Below are positions 31,836 to 42,400 of a stretch of DNA of 64,000 bases, piece by piece. The position numbers and the translations under genes are program-made. The stretch is from contig JBKAGP010000001.1 of NCBI GenBank assembly GCA_046290465.1, positions 480,001 to 544,000 of the forward strand, in the 5' to 3' direction. Below the pieces are notes generated by a model. It did no database searches. It had not been told where the DNA came from and was given only the letters and a program-made list of their open reading frames with translations. Each line of letters opens with the position of its first letter. Position 1 is the stretch's first letter. This DNA is from Planctomycetota bacterium (GTDB lineage Bacteria; Planctomycetota; UBA1135; UBA2386).

Positions 31836-33095
31836 GTGAGCGAACGTTCGTCCCGCATCGAATCGATCGACGCGCTGCGCGGCCTGGTGATGGTCGTGAT
31901 GGTGCTCGATCACGCGCGACACTCGCTGACGTTGTTCGGCAACCCCGAGAACGTCGCCACGACCACGCCGCTGCTGTTCCTGACGCGGTGGGTGACGCAC
32001 TTCTGCGCGCCGGTGTTCGTGTTCCTCGCCGGCACGTCGGCGTTCCTGTACGGCCGGCGACGCAGCCGCGGCGACGCGTCCCGCTTCCTGGTGACGCGCG
32101 GGCTGTGGCTGTTGGTGCTTGAGCTGACGGTGATCACGTTCGTCGTCATGCACGGCCTGCAGATCCTGTTCTGGCAGGTGATCGCGGCGATCGGCGTCTC
32201 CATGATCGCGCTGGCGGCGCTGCTGTGGTTGCCGCGCTGGGCGCTGGTCGTCGTCGGCGTCGCGCTGGTCGCCGGCCAGGACGCCTGCCGGGACTGGGGC
32301 GACGGCACCACCGGCGTGTGGGCCGACGCGTGGCGCCTGCTGCACGGCAGCTGGGCGCGGCCGACGTTCGGCATCGTGCAGAGTCCGATCGGGCCGATCC
32401 TGCCGGTCTACCCGGTGCTGCCGTGGATCGGCGTGATGGCCCTCGGCTACGCGACCGGCGGCCTGCTCGGCGGCGACGACCGCGATCGCCGCCGCCGCTG
32501 GCTGTCGCTGGGCGCGGCGCTGCTTTTGGCGTTCTTCGTCGTGCGCCTGCTCGACGGCTGGGGCAACGCGCGGCCGTTCTGGGCCCAGAGGGAGCAGGGT
32601 GCGGACTGGATCGCGCTGCTGGCGTGCGAGAAGTACCCGCCGTCGCTCGCCTATGCGCTGATGACGCTCGGACCGGCCATGCTGCTGCTGGCCTGGTTCG
32701 AACGCGCGCCGGGGCCGGTGCAGCGCTGGCTGCAGATGTTCGGGCGCGTGCCGATGTTCTTCTACATCGTGCACCATGCGCTGGTGCACGGTACCGCCGT
32801 GGCGATGTTCTGGCTGCGCGACGGCCAGGGAGTGCACCTGATCCAGGCCGAGCTGTCGTTCCTGGCGCCGGCGGGACTCGCCGACGTCGACTTCGAGCCG
32901 CTGCCGCAGGGCTTCCAGGGCTTCGGGCTCGGGGCCGCCTACCTGGTGACGGTGGCGTGCGTGCTGCTGCTGTGGCCGATGTGCCGGTGGTACGACCGCG
33001 TCAAGCAGCGAAGCCGTTCGGTCTGGCTGAGCTACCTGCAGGGCCACCTGCAGGCGGTTCGCTTGCGACCGTTGCAGCCTGCGACCGTAGCGTAG
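31836..33095 (+). CDS. DUF1624 / heparan-alpha-glucosaminide N-acetyltransferase-like membrane protein
   Basis: RIESIDALRGLVMVVMVLDH, TRWVTHFCAPVFVFLAG, KYPPSL, FGRVPMFFY. Confidence 0.88.
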   Translation: MSERSSRIESIDALRGLVMVVMVLDHARHSLTLFGNPENVATTTPLLFLTRWVTHFCAPVFVFLAGTSAFLYGRRRSRGDASRFLVTRGLWLLVLELTVITFVVMHGLQILFWQVIAAIGVSMIALAALLWLPRWALVVVGVALVAGQDACRDWGDGTTGVWADAWRLLHGSWARPTFGIVQSPIGPILPVYPVLPWIGVMALGYATGGLLGGDDRDRRRRWLSLGAALLLAFFVVRLLDGWGNARPFWAQREQGADWIALLACEKYPPSLAYALMTLGPAMLLLAWFERAPGPVQRWLQMFGRVPMFFYIVHHALVHGTAVAMFWLRDGQGVHLIQAELSFLAPAGLADVDFEPLPQGFQGFGLGAAYLVTVACVLLLWPMCRWYDRVKQRSRSVWLSYLQGHLQAVRLRPLQPATVA

Positions 33096-33141
33096 CGGCC
33101 TGCGACCGCTGCGGGTCGTGCTCCGCTACGGGTGCGGCCGG

Positions 33142-33303
33142 CTACTGGTTCGGGATGTTGCCGTGGTCGACCAGCAGCGTCAGGCCGATCCCCTGCGCCA
33201 GCAGCACGAACGCGCCGAGCAGCAGGATGCCGAGCACGACGCCGACGCCCGCGGGCACGAGTTCCTTGGGATCGACGGGGAGTTGCGGCTTGGAGTCACT
33301 CAT
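33142..33303 (-). CDS. Small single-pass membrane protein (53 aa), absent from the ORF track
   Basis: Translates as MSDSKPQLPVDPKELVPAGVGVVLGILLLGAFVLLAQGIGLTLLVDHGNIPNQ; strong third-position GC bias. Confidence 0.6.
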   Translation of the reverse strand: MSDSKPQLPVDPKELVPAGVGVVLGILLLGAFVLLAQGIGLTLLVDHGNIPNQ

Positions 33304-33375
33304 TTGGGCAAGGAAGCTATCGGTTCGGGATATGGGAATCGCGAGCGAGCCGACGTTTTTTCATCGCGTCGTCGA

Positions 33376-35235
33376 TCAGCCCTGGTAGCCCAGCATCTCG
33401 TCCAGCGTGCGCTGGCTGACCGCGTGGTAGCGCATCCGGGCGCGCTGGTAGATCCGCGTCGCACGGTCTTTGCCACCGTCGCTGTCCAGGATCGCCTGGT
33501 AGAGCGGCACCAGGAACTTGCGGCGGCCGACCGTCATCAAGAACAGGTCCATGCGCGCGTCGACGGCGTGGTAGCCGTTGCGGGTGGCGAGCGCCAGCCA
33601 GGCGCTCAGGATCTCGCTGTTGCCGCTGCGGGTGAACGCGAACGCTTCGTCGAGCGCCTCCAGCTGCGCGACGGTCGGGGTCTCGAGGGCGCCGAGGAAG
33701 CGCAGCCACTGCTGCGTGACCCAGCCTTCGGTGTCGAGCTCTTCTGCGGCGGTGCCCGCCGCGAACGCCTGCGCGGTCGCGTCCACGGCCGCGAAGCGCT
33801 CGCTGTCCGGGATCGGCGCGTCGCCGGGCAGGCCGCCGCTCTGCACCCACTGCGCGACGTCGACCTGCGCGGCCTTGTCGCTGTCGGTCGACAGCAGCCG
33901 GTCGTCGAGGAACGTCAAGAACGTCTGCGTGGTGACGCTCTTGAACTGGTGCTCGTCGAACCACTCGCGCAGGAACCGGTCCATGCGCTCGCGGCCGAAC
34001 ACCTGCTCGAGGCGGCGCAGGAACGCCGCGCCCTTGTCGTAGGCGACCGCAGTCATGCCGTCGTCGGGGTTGCGACCGGTCAGGTCGATGTGCAGCACCT
34101 GGTCGGGTTCGGGCAGCTCCTGCAGCTCCTTCTGCAGCCCCTGCATGCCGAGCGCGATCTCCATCGCGGCGCGGTCGCGGCCGTAGACGTGCTCCATGAT
34201 CCGCTGCTCGAGGTAGACGGTGAAGCCCTCGTTGAGCCAGAAGTCGCGCCAGGTCGCGTTGGTGACCAGGTTGCCGGACCAGCTGTGCGCGAGTTCGTGC
34301 GCGATCAGCGCGACCAGCGACTTGTCGCCGGCCAGGATGGTCGGCGTCGCGAACGTCATGCACGGGTTCTCCATGCCGCCGAACGGGAAGCTCGGCGGCA
34401 GGAACAGCACGTCGTAGCGGCCCCAGCGGTACGGACCGAACAGCTCCTCGCAGGCGCGGACCATGCGTTCGAGGTCGTCGAGTTCGCGGGTGGCGGCGTC
34501 GACGACGCCGGGCTCGGCCCAGACCGCGCAGCGACCGCTGACCGGCCGCGCGCGCAGGTCGCCGCACGCCAGCGCGATCAGGTAGCTCGGCACCGGCCGC
34601 GTCATCGAGAACGTGGTGGTGGTGTCGACGCGCTTGCGGTAGTCGGCGCTCATCACCGTGCGCAGACCCTTGGGGGCCGTGATCCTCGCGTTCCACGTCA
34701 CCCGCACGGCCGGCGAGTCCTGCAGCGGGATCCAGCTGCGGGTCAGGATCGCCTGGCCCTGCGTGAACAGGAACGGGTGCTCCTTGCCGTCGGTCTGTTC
34801 GGGCGACAGCCACTGCATCGCCTCGGCCGTCGGCGAGGTCGCGTACTGGATCTGCACCCGCTCGGTCCGTTCGCCGAGGTCGATGGTCAGCGCGCGGCCG
34901 AGCCACTGGTCGTCCGCGTCCGCCAGCCGGTAGCTGAGCGGCTCGCCGTCCTGGTCGAGCACCGCGCGGATCGACAGGCCGTCGGTGTCGACGACGAACG
35001 GCGCGGTGCGGTCGAAGCGCTGCAGGGTGTGCTCGACGAGGCCGGTCGCGACGTGCTGCTCGAAGTCGAGGTCCAGCACCAGGTCGAGGTGGGTCGAGCG
35101 GACCTCCGCCGGCCGGGCGAAGCTGTGCGAGTCGGGGGCCAACAGCCAGGGGTTCTCGGAGACGTCGATGCTGCTGCAGCCGGCCACGAGGGCGGGCAGC
35201 AGCAGGCAGGAGGCGGACAGCGGACGCGTGCGCAT
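33376..35235 (-). CDS. M1-family aminopeptidase (leukotriene A4 hydrolase-like), lipoprotein
   Basis: LVAGC lipobox; GGMENP, HELAHSW..FWLNEG, AYDKG. Confidence 0.93.
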   Translation of the reverse strand: MRTRPLSASCLLLPALVAGCSSIDVSENPWLLAPDSHSFARPAEVRSTHLDLVLDLDFEQHVATGLVEHTLQRFDRTAPFVVDTDGLSIRAVLDQDGEPLSYRLADADDQWLGRALTIDLGERTERVQIQYATSPTAEAMQWLSPEQTDGKEHPFLFTQGQAILTRSWIPLQDSPAVRVTWNARITAPKGLRTVMSADYRKRVDTTTTFSMTRPVPSYLIALACGDLRARPVSGRCAVWAEPGVVDAATRELDDLERMVRACEELFGPYRWGRYDVLFLPPSFPFGGMENPCMTFATPTILAGDKSLVALIAHELAHSWSGNLVTNATWRDFWLNEGFTVYLEQRIMEHVYGRDRAAMEIALGMQGLQKELQELPEPDQVLHIDLTGRNPDDGMTAVAYDKGAAFLRRLEQVFGRERMDRFLREWFDEHQFKSVTTQTFLTFLDDRLLSTDSDKAAQVDVAQWVQSGGLPGDAPIPDSERFAAVDATAQAFAAGTAAEELDTEGWVTQQWLRFLGALETPTVAQLEALDEAFAFTRSGNSEILSAWLALATRNGYHAVDARMDLFLMTVGRRKFLVPLYQAILDSDGGKDRATRIYQRARMRYHAVSQRTLDEMLGYQG

Positions 35236-35328
35236 GCCGACGTTGTATCGGTCGCAGCTTCCTGAGACCAACGTCGGCGCCGCCTTGCGTGGTGCCAACT
35301 CCGTCGCAAGAATGCTTCGCGAGAAGCC

Positions 35329-37275
35329 ATGTCATCCGAAAGCCAGATCCAACTCACCCTCCCCGATGGTTCCGTGCGCGAGTACGCGACGGGCACTACC
35401 GGGCTCCAGGTCGCCGAATCGATCGGCAAGGGGCTGGCCAAGGCCGCCGTCGGCATCGAGCTGGACGGCGAGGTGCAGAGCCTGCAGCTGCCGATCGACA
35501 GCTCGGCGGACATCAAGATCTTCACCCGCGACAGCAAGGAAGGCCTCGAGGTATTGCGCCACTCGGCGGCGCACGTGCTCGCCGACGCCGTCAAGCGGAT
35601 CCGGCCCAAGGCCAAGCTGTGGAAGGGGCCGCCGGTCGACGATCCGCGCTACGGCTACTACTACGACATCGACTTCGGCGACGAGCCGATCACGGTCGAC
35701 GACCTGCCCGAGCTCGAGAAGCTGATGCACGAGATCGTCAAGTCCGACGTGCCGTTCGAGCTGCGCGAGCTGCCGCGCGACCAGGCCAAGGCGCTGATGG
35801 AGGAGCACGGCGAGGACTACAAGCTGCTGACGATCGACAAGATCCCGGACGGCGAGCCGTTGACGTTCTACCACTCGGGCAACTTCGTCGACCTCTGCAA
35901 GGGGCCGCACGTGCCGTCGACCGGCAAGGTCGGCCAGGGCATCGCGGTGCTGGCGCTCGCCGGCGCCTACCTCGGCGACGACGCCGGCAACAAGATGCTG
36001 ACCCGCATCTACGGCCACGCCTTCGCGGACAAGAAGGCGATGGAGGAGCACCGCAAGAACCTCGAGGAGGCGCAGAAGCGCGACCACCGTCGCCTCGGCG
36101 TCGACCTCGACCTGTTCAGCACGATGGGCGACCTCGGCGCGGGCCTGATCCTGTGGCACCCCAAGGGCGGCTTCGTGCGCCACAAGGTCGAGGAGTTCTG
36201 GCGCAACCAGCACATCGACGGCGGCTACGACATCGTCTACTCGCCGCACATCGCCAAGAGCGACCTGTGGGCGACCTCGGGCCACCTCGACTTCTACAAG
36301 GAGTCGATGTACTCCGGCATCGACATCGACGGCGCCGAGTACCTGCTCAAGCCGATGAACTGCCCGTTCCACGTGCAGATCTTCAAGTCCAAGCGCCGCA
36401 GCTACCGCGAGCTGCCGTTCCGCTGGGCGGAGCTCGGCACCGTCTACCGCTACGAGAACGCCGGCTCGCTGCACGGCCTGCTGCGCGTGCGCGGCTTCAC
36501 CCAGGACGACGCGCACCTGTTCTTGCGCGAGGACCAGGTCGAGGACGAGATCACGCGCTGCCTGCACTTCGTCATCGACATGCTGCGCGCGTTCGGCTTC
36601 CACGACTACGAGATGAACCTGTCGACGCGGCCCGAGAAGAGCGTCGGCGAGGACGCCAGCTGGGAGAAGGCGACCGCGGCGCTGCGCGCGGCGCTCGAGT
36701 CGGTCGGCCTCGGCTACGAGATCGACGAGGGCGGTGGTGCGTTCTACGGCCCGAAGATCGACGTCAAGATCAAGGACAGCCTCGGCCGCACCTGGCAGTG
36801 CTCGACGATCCAGTGCGACTTCAACCTGCCCGAGCGCTTCGACATGACCTACATCGACCAGGACGGCCACAAGACCCGTCCGGTGATGGTCCACCGCGCG
36901 CTGCTCGGCTCGCTCGAGCGCTTCTTCGGCGTGCTGGTCGAGCACCACGGCGGCGCGTTCCCGGTCTGGCTGGCGCCGACGCAGGCGGCGGTGCTGTCGG
37001 TCGGCGAACGCCACGGCGACGCGGTCGAGGGGCTGGTCCGTTCGCTGAAGGAGCAGCGCTTCCGCGTCGAGGCGGACACCAGCGGCGAGAAGATCGGCGC
37101 CAAGATCCGCCACCACCTGTGGCAGGAGAAGGTCCCGCTGGTCGCCGTCGTCGGCGACCAGGAGGTCGACGCCGGCACCGTCGCGGTGCGCTCGCGCAAG
37201 GACGGCGACCTCGGCACGATGAAGGTCGAGGAGTTCGCTGCGCTGCTGCGCAAGCACGAGGAAGAGCGCACGTAG
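35329..37275 (+). CDS. thrS: Threonine--tRNA ligase
   Basis: TGS start, RHSAAH, DLCKGPH, RDHRRLG, KPMNCP, LLRVRGFTQDDAH, FYGPKID, HRALLGSLERF. Confidence 0.98.
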   Translation: MSSESQIQLTLPDGSVREYATGTTGLQVAESIGKGLAKAAVGIELDGEVQSLQLPIDSSADIKIFTRDSKEGLEVLRHSAAHVLADAVKRIRPKAKLWKGPPVDDPRYGYYYDIDFGDEPITVDDLPELEKLMHEIVKSDVPFELRELPRDQAKALMEEHGEDYKLLTIDKIPDGEPLTFYHSGNFVDLCKGPHVPSTGKVGQGIAVLALAGAYLGDDAGNKMLTRIYGHAFADKKAMEEHRKNLEEAQKRDHRRLGVDLDLFSTMGDLGAGLILWHPKGGFVRHKVEEFWRNQHIDGGYDIVYSPHIAKSDLWATSGHLDFYKESMYSGIDIDGAEYLLKPMNCPFHVQIFKSKRRSYRELPFRWAELGTVYRYENAGSLHGLLRVRGFTQDDAHLFLREDQVEDEITRCLHFVIDMLRAFGFHDYEMNLSTRPEKSVGEDASWEKATAALRAALESVGLGYEIDEGGGAFYGPKIDVKIKDSLGRTWQCSTIQCDFNLPERFDMTYIDQDGHKTRPVMVHRALLGSLERFFGVLVEHHGGAFPVWLAPTQAAVLSVGERHGDAVEGLVRSLKEQRFRVEADTSGEKIGAKIRHHLWQEKVPLVAVVGDQEVDAGTVAVRSRKDGDLGTMKVEEFAALLRKHEEERT

Positions 37276-37303
37276 GGGCGTGGTCGGGGGCTCTCGGGAG
37301 CCT

Positions 37304-37343
37304 CCGGTTTCCGGAGAGATCCGAGTTTCCGGAGAGATCCGAG
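37304..37343. repeat. 18-bp tandem duplication (GTTTCCGGAGAGATCCGA) after thrS
   Basis: Read directly; a second short duplication, GGCTCGTATG, lies at about 37359-37380. Confidence 0.8.
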
Positions 37344-37439
37344 CCACCGCGCATTGTCGGCTCGTATGGCGGCTCGTATGAACCGGGCGAAGTGCCCGGT
37401 CTGCCTGTTCTCCAGACCTTTTCCCCCGAAGGACCCTCC

Positions 37440-37850
37440 ATGCTCCGTACCGCCATCCTCGCCGCGGCCGCGCTCTCGTTCGTCAACGTCGCCTCGGCGC
37501 AGTGCGCCACGGTCACCGCGGCCAACAACGCCGGCGAGATCTCGATCGACCTCGACGGCTCGGACCCAATGCGCTTCGCGTTCGTCGTGCTCGGCGACAC
37601 CCAGGGCACCACGCCGATCAACCTCGGCAACTTCGCTTCGTTCGACCTCGGCCTCGCCGCGCCGTTCGTGCCGGCGCCGCTCGGCCTGACCGACATGAAC
37701 GGCGACGCGTCGCTGACGTTCACGCCGCCGACGACGGCCCCGGCCGGGACCTACTACGTGCAGGGTGTCACCGTCGGCTTCGACATCGTGCCCGGCACCG
37801 GCCTGAGCCTCGACGTGTGCGTCTCGGACGTCGCGTCGTTCGCGCTCTGA
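37440..37850 (+). CDS. Small secreted hypothetical protein (136 aa), essentially only the shared C-terminal-type domain
   Basis: GAAGGA SD, signal peptide MLRTAILAAAALSFVNVASAQ, tail LTFTPP..YYVQG..VSD. Confidence 0.8.
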   Translation: MLRTAILAAAALSFVNVASAQCATVTAANNAGEISIDLDGSDPMRFAFVVLGDTQGTTPINLGNFASFDLGLAAPFVPAPLGLTDMNGDASLTFTPPTTAPAGTYYVQGVTVGFDIVPGTGLSLDVCVSDVASFAL

Positions 37851-37940
37851 TCGTTGCAGGCGATCCGCGGCCCTGCGAGCCGCCGATTCGGAAGGGGCCG
37901 GCGAACGATTCGCCGGCCTCCTTCGTACACCGTCCGCGCC

Positions 37941-39458
37941 ATGAGGATCCGCGCCATCAGGACCTTGCTCCGCCCGGCCCTGCTCGGGCTGCTGTTGCTC
38001 GGCGCGTGTACGACCGCGCGCGACCACTCGCCCGAGATCCGCAAGCTCTACGGCGAGGCTGCCCGGCGACACGCGCGCAACCCGGTCGTGGTCGTGCACG
38101 GCATCCTCGGCGCGCGGCTCGAGCACCGCGACAGCCGCCAGACCGTGTGGGGCGCGTTCACGTCGGATGCCGCCGACCCCGCCAGCCGCGAGGGAGCGCG
38201 CCGTGTCGCGGTGCCGTTCGCGGACCTGTTGGCGACGCGGATGCCGGAGCTGGCGACGGCCGCGGTGTTCCCGACCGGGCCGCTCGAGGGCATCAACGTC
38301 GGCCTGGTGTTCGCGGTGATCAACGTCGGCGTCTATCGCGACATCCTGAAGACGCTCGGGGTCGGTGGCTATACCGACCCGGTCGCGTTCGATCCCGGCT
38401 CGCCCCCGTACGAACTCGACCACTTCACCTGCTTCACGTTCTTCTACGACTGGCGGCGCGACAACCGCGTCAACGCGGCCGAGCTCGGCCGCTTCCTGCA
38501 GGAGACGCGCAAGCGCATCGATCGCAGCGCCCGCCGGCGCATCGCGCAACTGCGTGAGGCGGCGACCGCGGACGGTCTGGAGGAGGCGCTGGAGCTCGAG
38601 CAGTGGCTCGCCGACGGCTATCGCTTCGACATCGTCGCGCATTCGATGGGCGGGCTGGTGACGCGCTACTTCCTGCGCTACGGCGACGCGCCGCTGCCGG
38701 CCGACGGTTCGCTGCCGGAGCTGACCTGGAAGGGCGCCGAGCAGATCGATCGCGTCGTGCTGGTCGGCACGCCGAGCCTCGGCTCGATGGATGCGCTGCA
38801 GAACCTGCTCGTGGGCTTCTCGCCGGGCCCGCCGCTGTTGCCGACCTACGCGCCGGCGATCCTCGGCACGATGACCGCGATCTACCAGCTGCTGCCGCGC
38901 GGCGACGGGCTGGTGCTCGACGAGCACGGCGCCCCGATGGACCTCGACCTGTTCGACGTCGACGTCTGGGACCGCAACGACTGGGGCTTGCTGGCGCCCG
39001 AGTCCGACCGCTACCTGCGCTGGTTCCTGCCCGAGGTCGACGACCGCGCCGAACGGCGACGGCTCGCCCGGCAGGCGCTGGCCAACGTGCTGGAACGCAC
39101 CCGCCGCTTCCACGCGGCGATCGACCGGCCGGTGCCGGACTGTCCGGTCGACCTGCGGCTGTTCGCTGCCGACACCGAGCCGACGCTGGCGCGCGTGCGC
39201 ATGGTGGCGCGCGGCGGCAAGCTGGTGCCGGAGTTCGACGGCGACGAGCTGATGGCGCCGGGCGACGCCACCGTCACCCGGCGCAGCGCGCTCGGGGACC
39301 TGAGCCCGGACCGGGCGGCGCGGATGTGGCTCGAGTCGACCGTGCCGTGGACCGGCGTGACGTTCCTGCCGGACGACCACATCGGCCTGACCCGCAACCC
39401 GATCTTCACCGACAACGTGCTGTTCTTCCTGCTGCAGCAGCCGCCGCGGCAGCGGTAG
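37941..39458 (+). CDS. Lipase/acyltransferase-like alpha/beta-hydrolase lipoprotein (LCAT/PGAP1-like)
   Basis: LLGAC lipobox, VVVHGILG, FFYDWRRD, IVAHSMGG, GTPSLGS, GDATV. Confidence 0.85.
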   Translation: MRIRAIRTLLRPALLGLLLLGACTTARDHSPEIRKLYGEAARRHARNPVVVVHGILGARLEHRDSRQTVWGAFTSDAADPASREGARRVAVPFADLLATRMPELATAAVFPTGPLEGINVGLVFAVINVGVYRDILKTLGVGGYTDPVAFDPGSPPYELDHFTCFTFFYDWRRDNRVNAAELGRFLQETRKRIDRSARRRIAQLREAATADGLEEALELEQWLADGYRFDIVAHSMGGLVTRYFLRYGDAPLPADGSLPELTWKGAEQIDRVVLVGTPSLGSMDALQNLLVGFSPGPPLLPTYAPAILGTMTAIYQLLPRGDGLVLDEHGAPMDLDLFDVDVWDRNDWGLLAPESDRYLRWFLPEVDDRAERRRLARQALANVLERTRRFHAAIDRPVPDCPVDLRLFAADTEPTLARVRMVARGGKLVPEFDGDELMAPGDATVTRRSALGDLSPDRAARMWLESTVPWTGVTFLPDDHIGLTRNPIFTDNVLFFLLQQPPRQR

Positions 39459-39464
39459 CGGCCC

Positions 39465-42400
39465 TCACAGGCCGAGCGGCAGCTCGCGCACGAGCGGGGC
39501 TGTGGCGACGACCAGCTGCTGCTCGGCCAGCGCGTTCCAGATCGAGCGCGCGTGCACGCGGTAGCGGCCGGGCGCGAGGCCCAGCGCCATCTCGAAGCAA
39601 CCGCGGCTGGTGGTGGCGCCGAGGTGGTCGTCGAGCACGAGCTGGTCCCGGTGGTCGTAGATGCGCACGTGCAGCGGGCCGTTGATGACGAACGGGTTCT
39701 CGGCCAGAGGGAACGGGAACCGCAGCGTCACCGGCGTCGCCGAGCGGACGTCGACGTCGAGCCACTGCACGCCTGGCTCGAGATCGCGTTCGAGCAGGGT
39801 CGGCGCGATGCCGTGGCCGTAGACGAGCAGCTGCGAGCGGCCGGGCGGCAGTGGCCGCAGCGCGGCGACACCGCGGCTCGAGCTGCGCGCGGCGACGAAC
39901 TTGTCGCCGACCAGGTTCTTCGCGACCACGCGCAGGCCGTGCGTGCTGCGCTTGCCGTCACCGACCAGCCGCACCGCGACCCGCGCGGCGCGCTGCAGCT
40001 GCACGGTGCCGAGGTCGAGCGGCGCGTTGGCATCGTCGACGTGCACCGGGATCGTGCGCGAGCCGAGCCCGGGGGCACCGACGACCAGCCAGTAGTCCCC
40101 GGCACCCAGCGGGCCGAACCTCGCGCGGCCGGCGGCGTCGGCGACGCAGGTCTGCGGCGCCTGGAAGCCGACCAGGCGCAGCTCGAACGTCGCGCGCCGC
40201 GCCGGTCGGCCGTCGGGCCGCAGCGCCTGGCAGCGCAGCGTCGCGGTGGTGGTCGCGTCGGGGTCGACGACGAGCTCGCACGGCGAGCCGGCACGCGCCG
40301 TGGCGACGGCCAGCGGCCAGGTCAGCGGGTTGGGCCACCAGCGCTCCGGCGGGTAGCAGCCGACCTGGTAGCGTTCGCCGGCCGCCAGTGCCAAGAGCTC
40401 GAACCGGCCGTCGGCGTCGCTGCGCGCAACCCGGCGTCGCAGCATCCGGTGGGCGGCGGTGCCGACCTCCGGCACCGCGATCAGGTGCCAGCCGGCGACC
40501 GCGTCGCCGCGCGGCGTGCGCAGCGTGCCGTGCACCCGTGCGGTGGCGGGCGCGCGCAGCTCGACGTCGAGGCGGTCGCCGTCGCGCGTGTCGACGTCGA
40601 CGCCAGCGACGACGAACTGGCTCATCGGCGGGCCGAGCCGGCCGCTGCAGCTGCCGTGGATGCGCACCTGCAGCAGACCCCGCGGTGCTTCGGCGAGCGT
40701 GAACCGACCCTCGTGGTCGGTGCGCACGCGCTGCGCCAGCATCGGCCCGGTCGGTTCGTTGGTGCGGGCGCCGGCGATCGAGACCGCGACCTCGCGGCCC
40801 TGGAGCGGCGCGCCGCTGGCGTCGCGCGCCACCCCGGCGAGGCGCGCGGGCGCGCGCAGCTGCACGTGCACCTCGCGTGCGTCCTGCGAACGTTCCGTGG
40901 TGCTCGCCGCGAAGCCGCGGCCCTGCACCAGCACCGCTGCATGGCGCGGGCCCGGACCCGGCAGCGAACAGCGGCCCAGCGCGTCGGTGCGCGCCAGCTG
41001 CGGCACGTAGAAGTCGGTGTCCTGGCTCTTGGGCACCAGCGCGACCAGCGCGCCGGCGACCGGCCGATCGCCTTCGTCGGTCACGTGCACGGCGACCGGC
41101 GGGACCGGCGGTTCGAGCTCGAGGTGCAGTTCGCGGTCGGCCGCGAGCCGGTGGCAGTGCGACTGCGCGAACTGCACGTGCCGCGCGAACACGCGCCCCT
41201 GCGCCAGCGGGAACCACGCGTCGTACTGGCCGGTCGCGTCGGTGGTCGCCAGCACGGCCGGCAGGTCGCCGCGGCCCGACGTCTCGCTGACCATCACCAG
41301 CGCCCCCGGCACCGGTCGGCCGGCCGGGTCGGTGACGTACCCGCGGTGGCGGTGCCGTCGCGGCAGCTGCAGCGTGAACCGCTGGTCGTCGCCTCGCATC
41401 TGCAGCTGGGCCTTCGGGATCGCGCCGGCGATGGCCAGCTCGAAGCGGCCGCGCGGCAGCCCGTCGAAGCGCACCAAACCGGCGTCGTCGGTGGTGGCGC
41501 GGCGCGTCGTCGCCGCCAGTGCGCGCAGCTGGAACGGCCGGCCGTCGTCCGCGACGCACAGGATCTCGAGGCCGCGGTGCGGCACCCCGTCGGGGTCGAG
41601 CACGTGCACGGCGAGGGCGTGGCCCGGCCGGGATCGAAGCCGCGGGGCGTCGGTCTCGGCCGCCGGCTGGTCGAGCAGCGGGCGAACGCTGCGGACCGCT
41701 GGGTTGTGCTGGGGGGCAGCGGCTACGGCCGTCGGCGGCTGCGTGTGGCGGTCCTCGCGCCACCAGAGCATCGTCGCGAGCACCGCCGCGACCACCAGCA
41801 CCGTCACCAGCGCCGGCCGCAGCGCACCGCCGTGGGCGAGCGGTTCGGCCGCGATCGGGTCGTCGTCGAAGCGGCTCGCGTCGGCGTCGTGCCCGACGAA
41901 CTGGGCGGCCTCGGCGGCGCGCTCGGCGAGCTGCGCCGGGCTCATCCGCAGCACCAGCGCGGTCGCCAGGCCGATCGGCAGCGCGGTGCGCAGCTGCTCG
42001 ATCGCGCGCGCCATCTGCTTGCGCACGGTCGCCGGCTTCTGCTGCAGCTGGGCGCCGATCTGCTGGCTGTTGAGGCCGCGCTCGAGGTGCAGCTGCAGCA
42101 CCGAACGGTACGGCTCCTGCAGCGCAGCGATGCTGTCGCGCAGCGCGCGTTCGAGTTCGGACTGCAGCGCGGCGTCGACCGGCGTCGTCGCTGCGGTCGG
42201 CGGCGCGGGTTCGGGCGCGCGTCGGCCCTCGGTGCGGCGCAGCATGCGCGCGTGGTTGGTCAGGATGCCGCACAGCCAGCTCATCACGCGGTGGCCGGGC
42301 CGGTAGGTCTCGGCGCGCGCGATCGCGCTGAGGAAGGTCGCCTGCACCAGGTCCTCGGCGTCGGTCGGCCGCGGCGCGAGGAACACCGCGAGGCGCAGCA

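Noticed and set aside
37302..37385. CTCCGGTTTCCGGAG resembles the candidate enhancer box core
   Set aside because: Period is 18 bp rather than 32, and the nearest promoter-like stretch (TGGCGGCTCGTATGA) lacks the -12 GC
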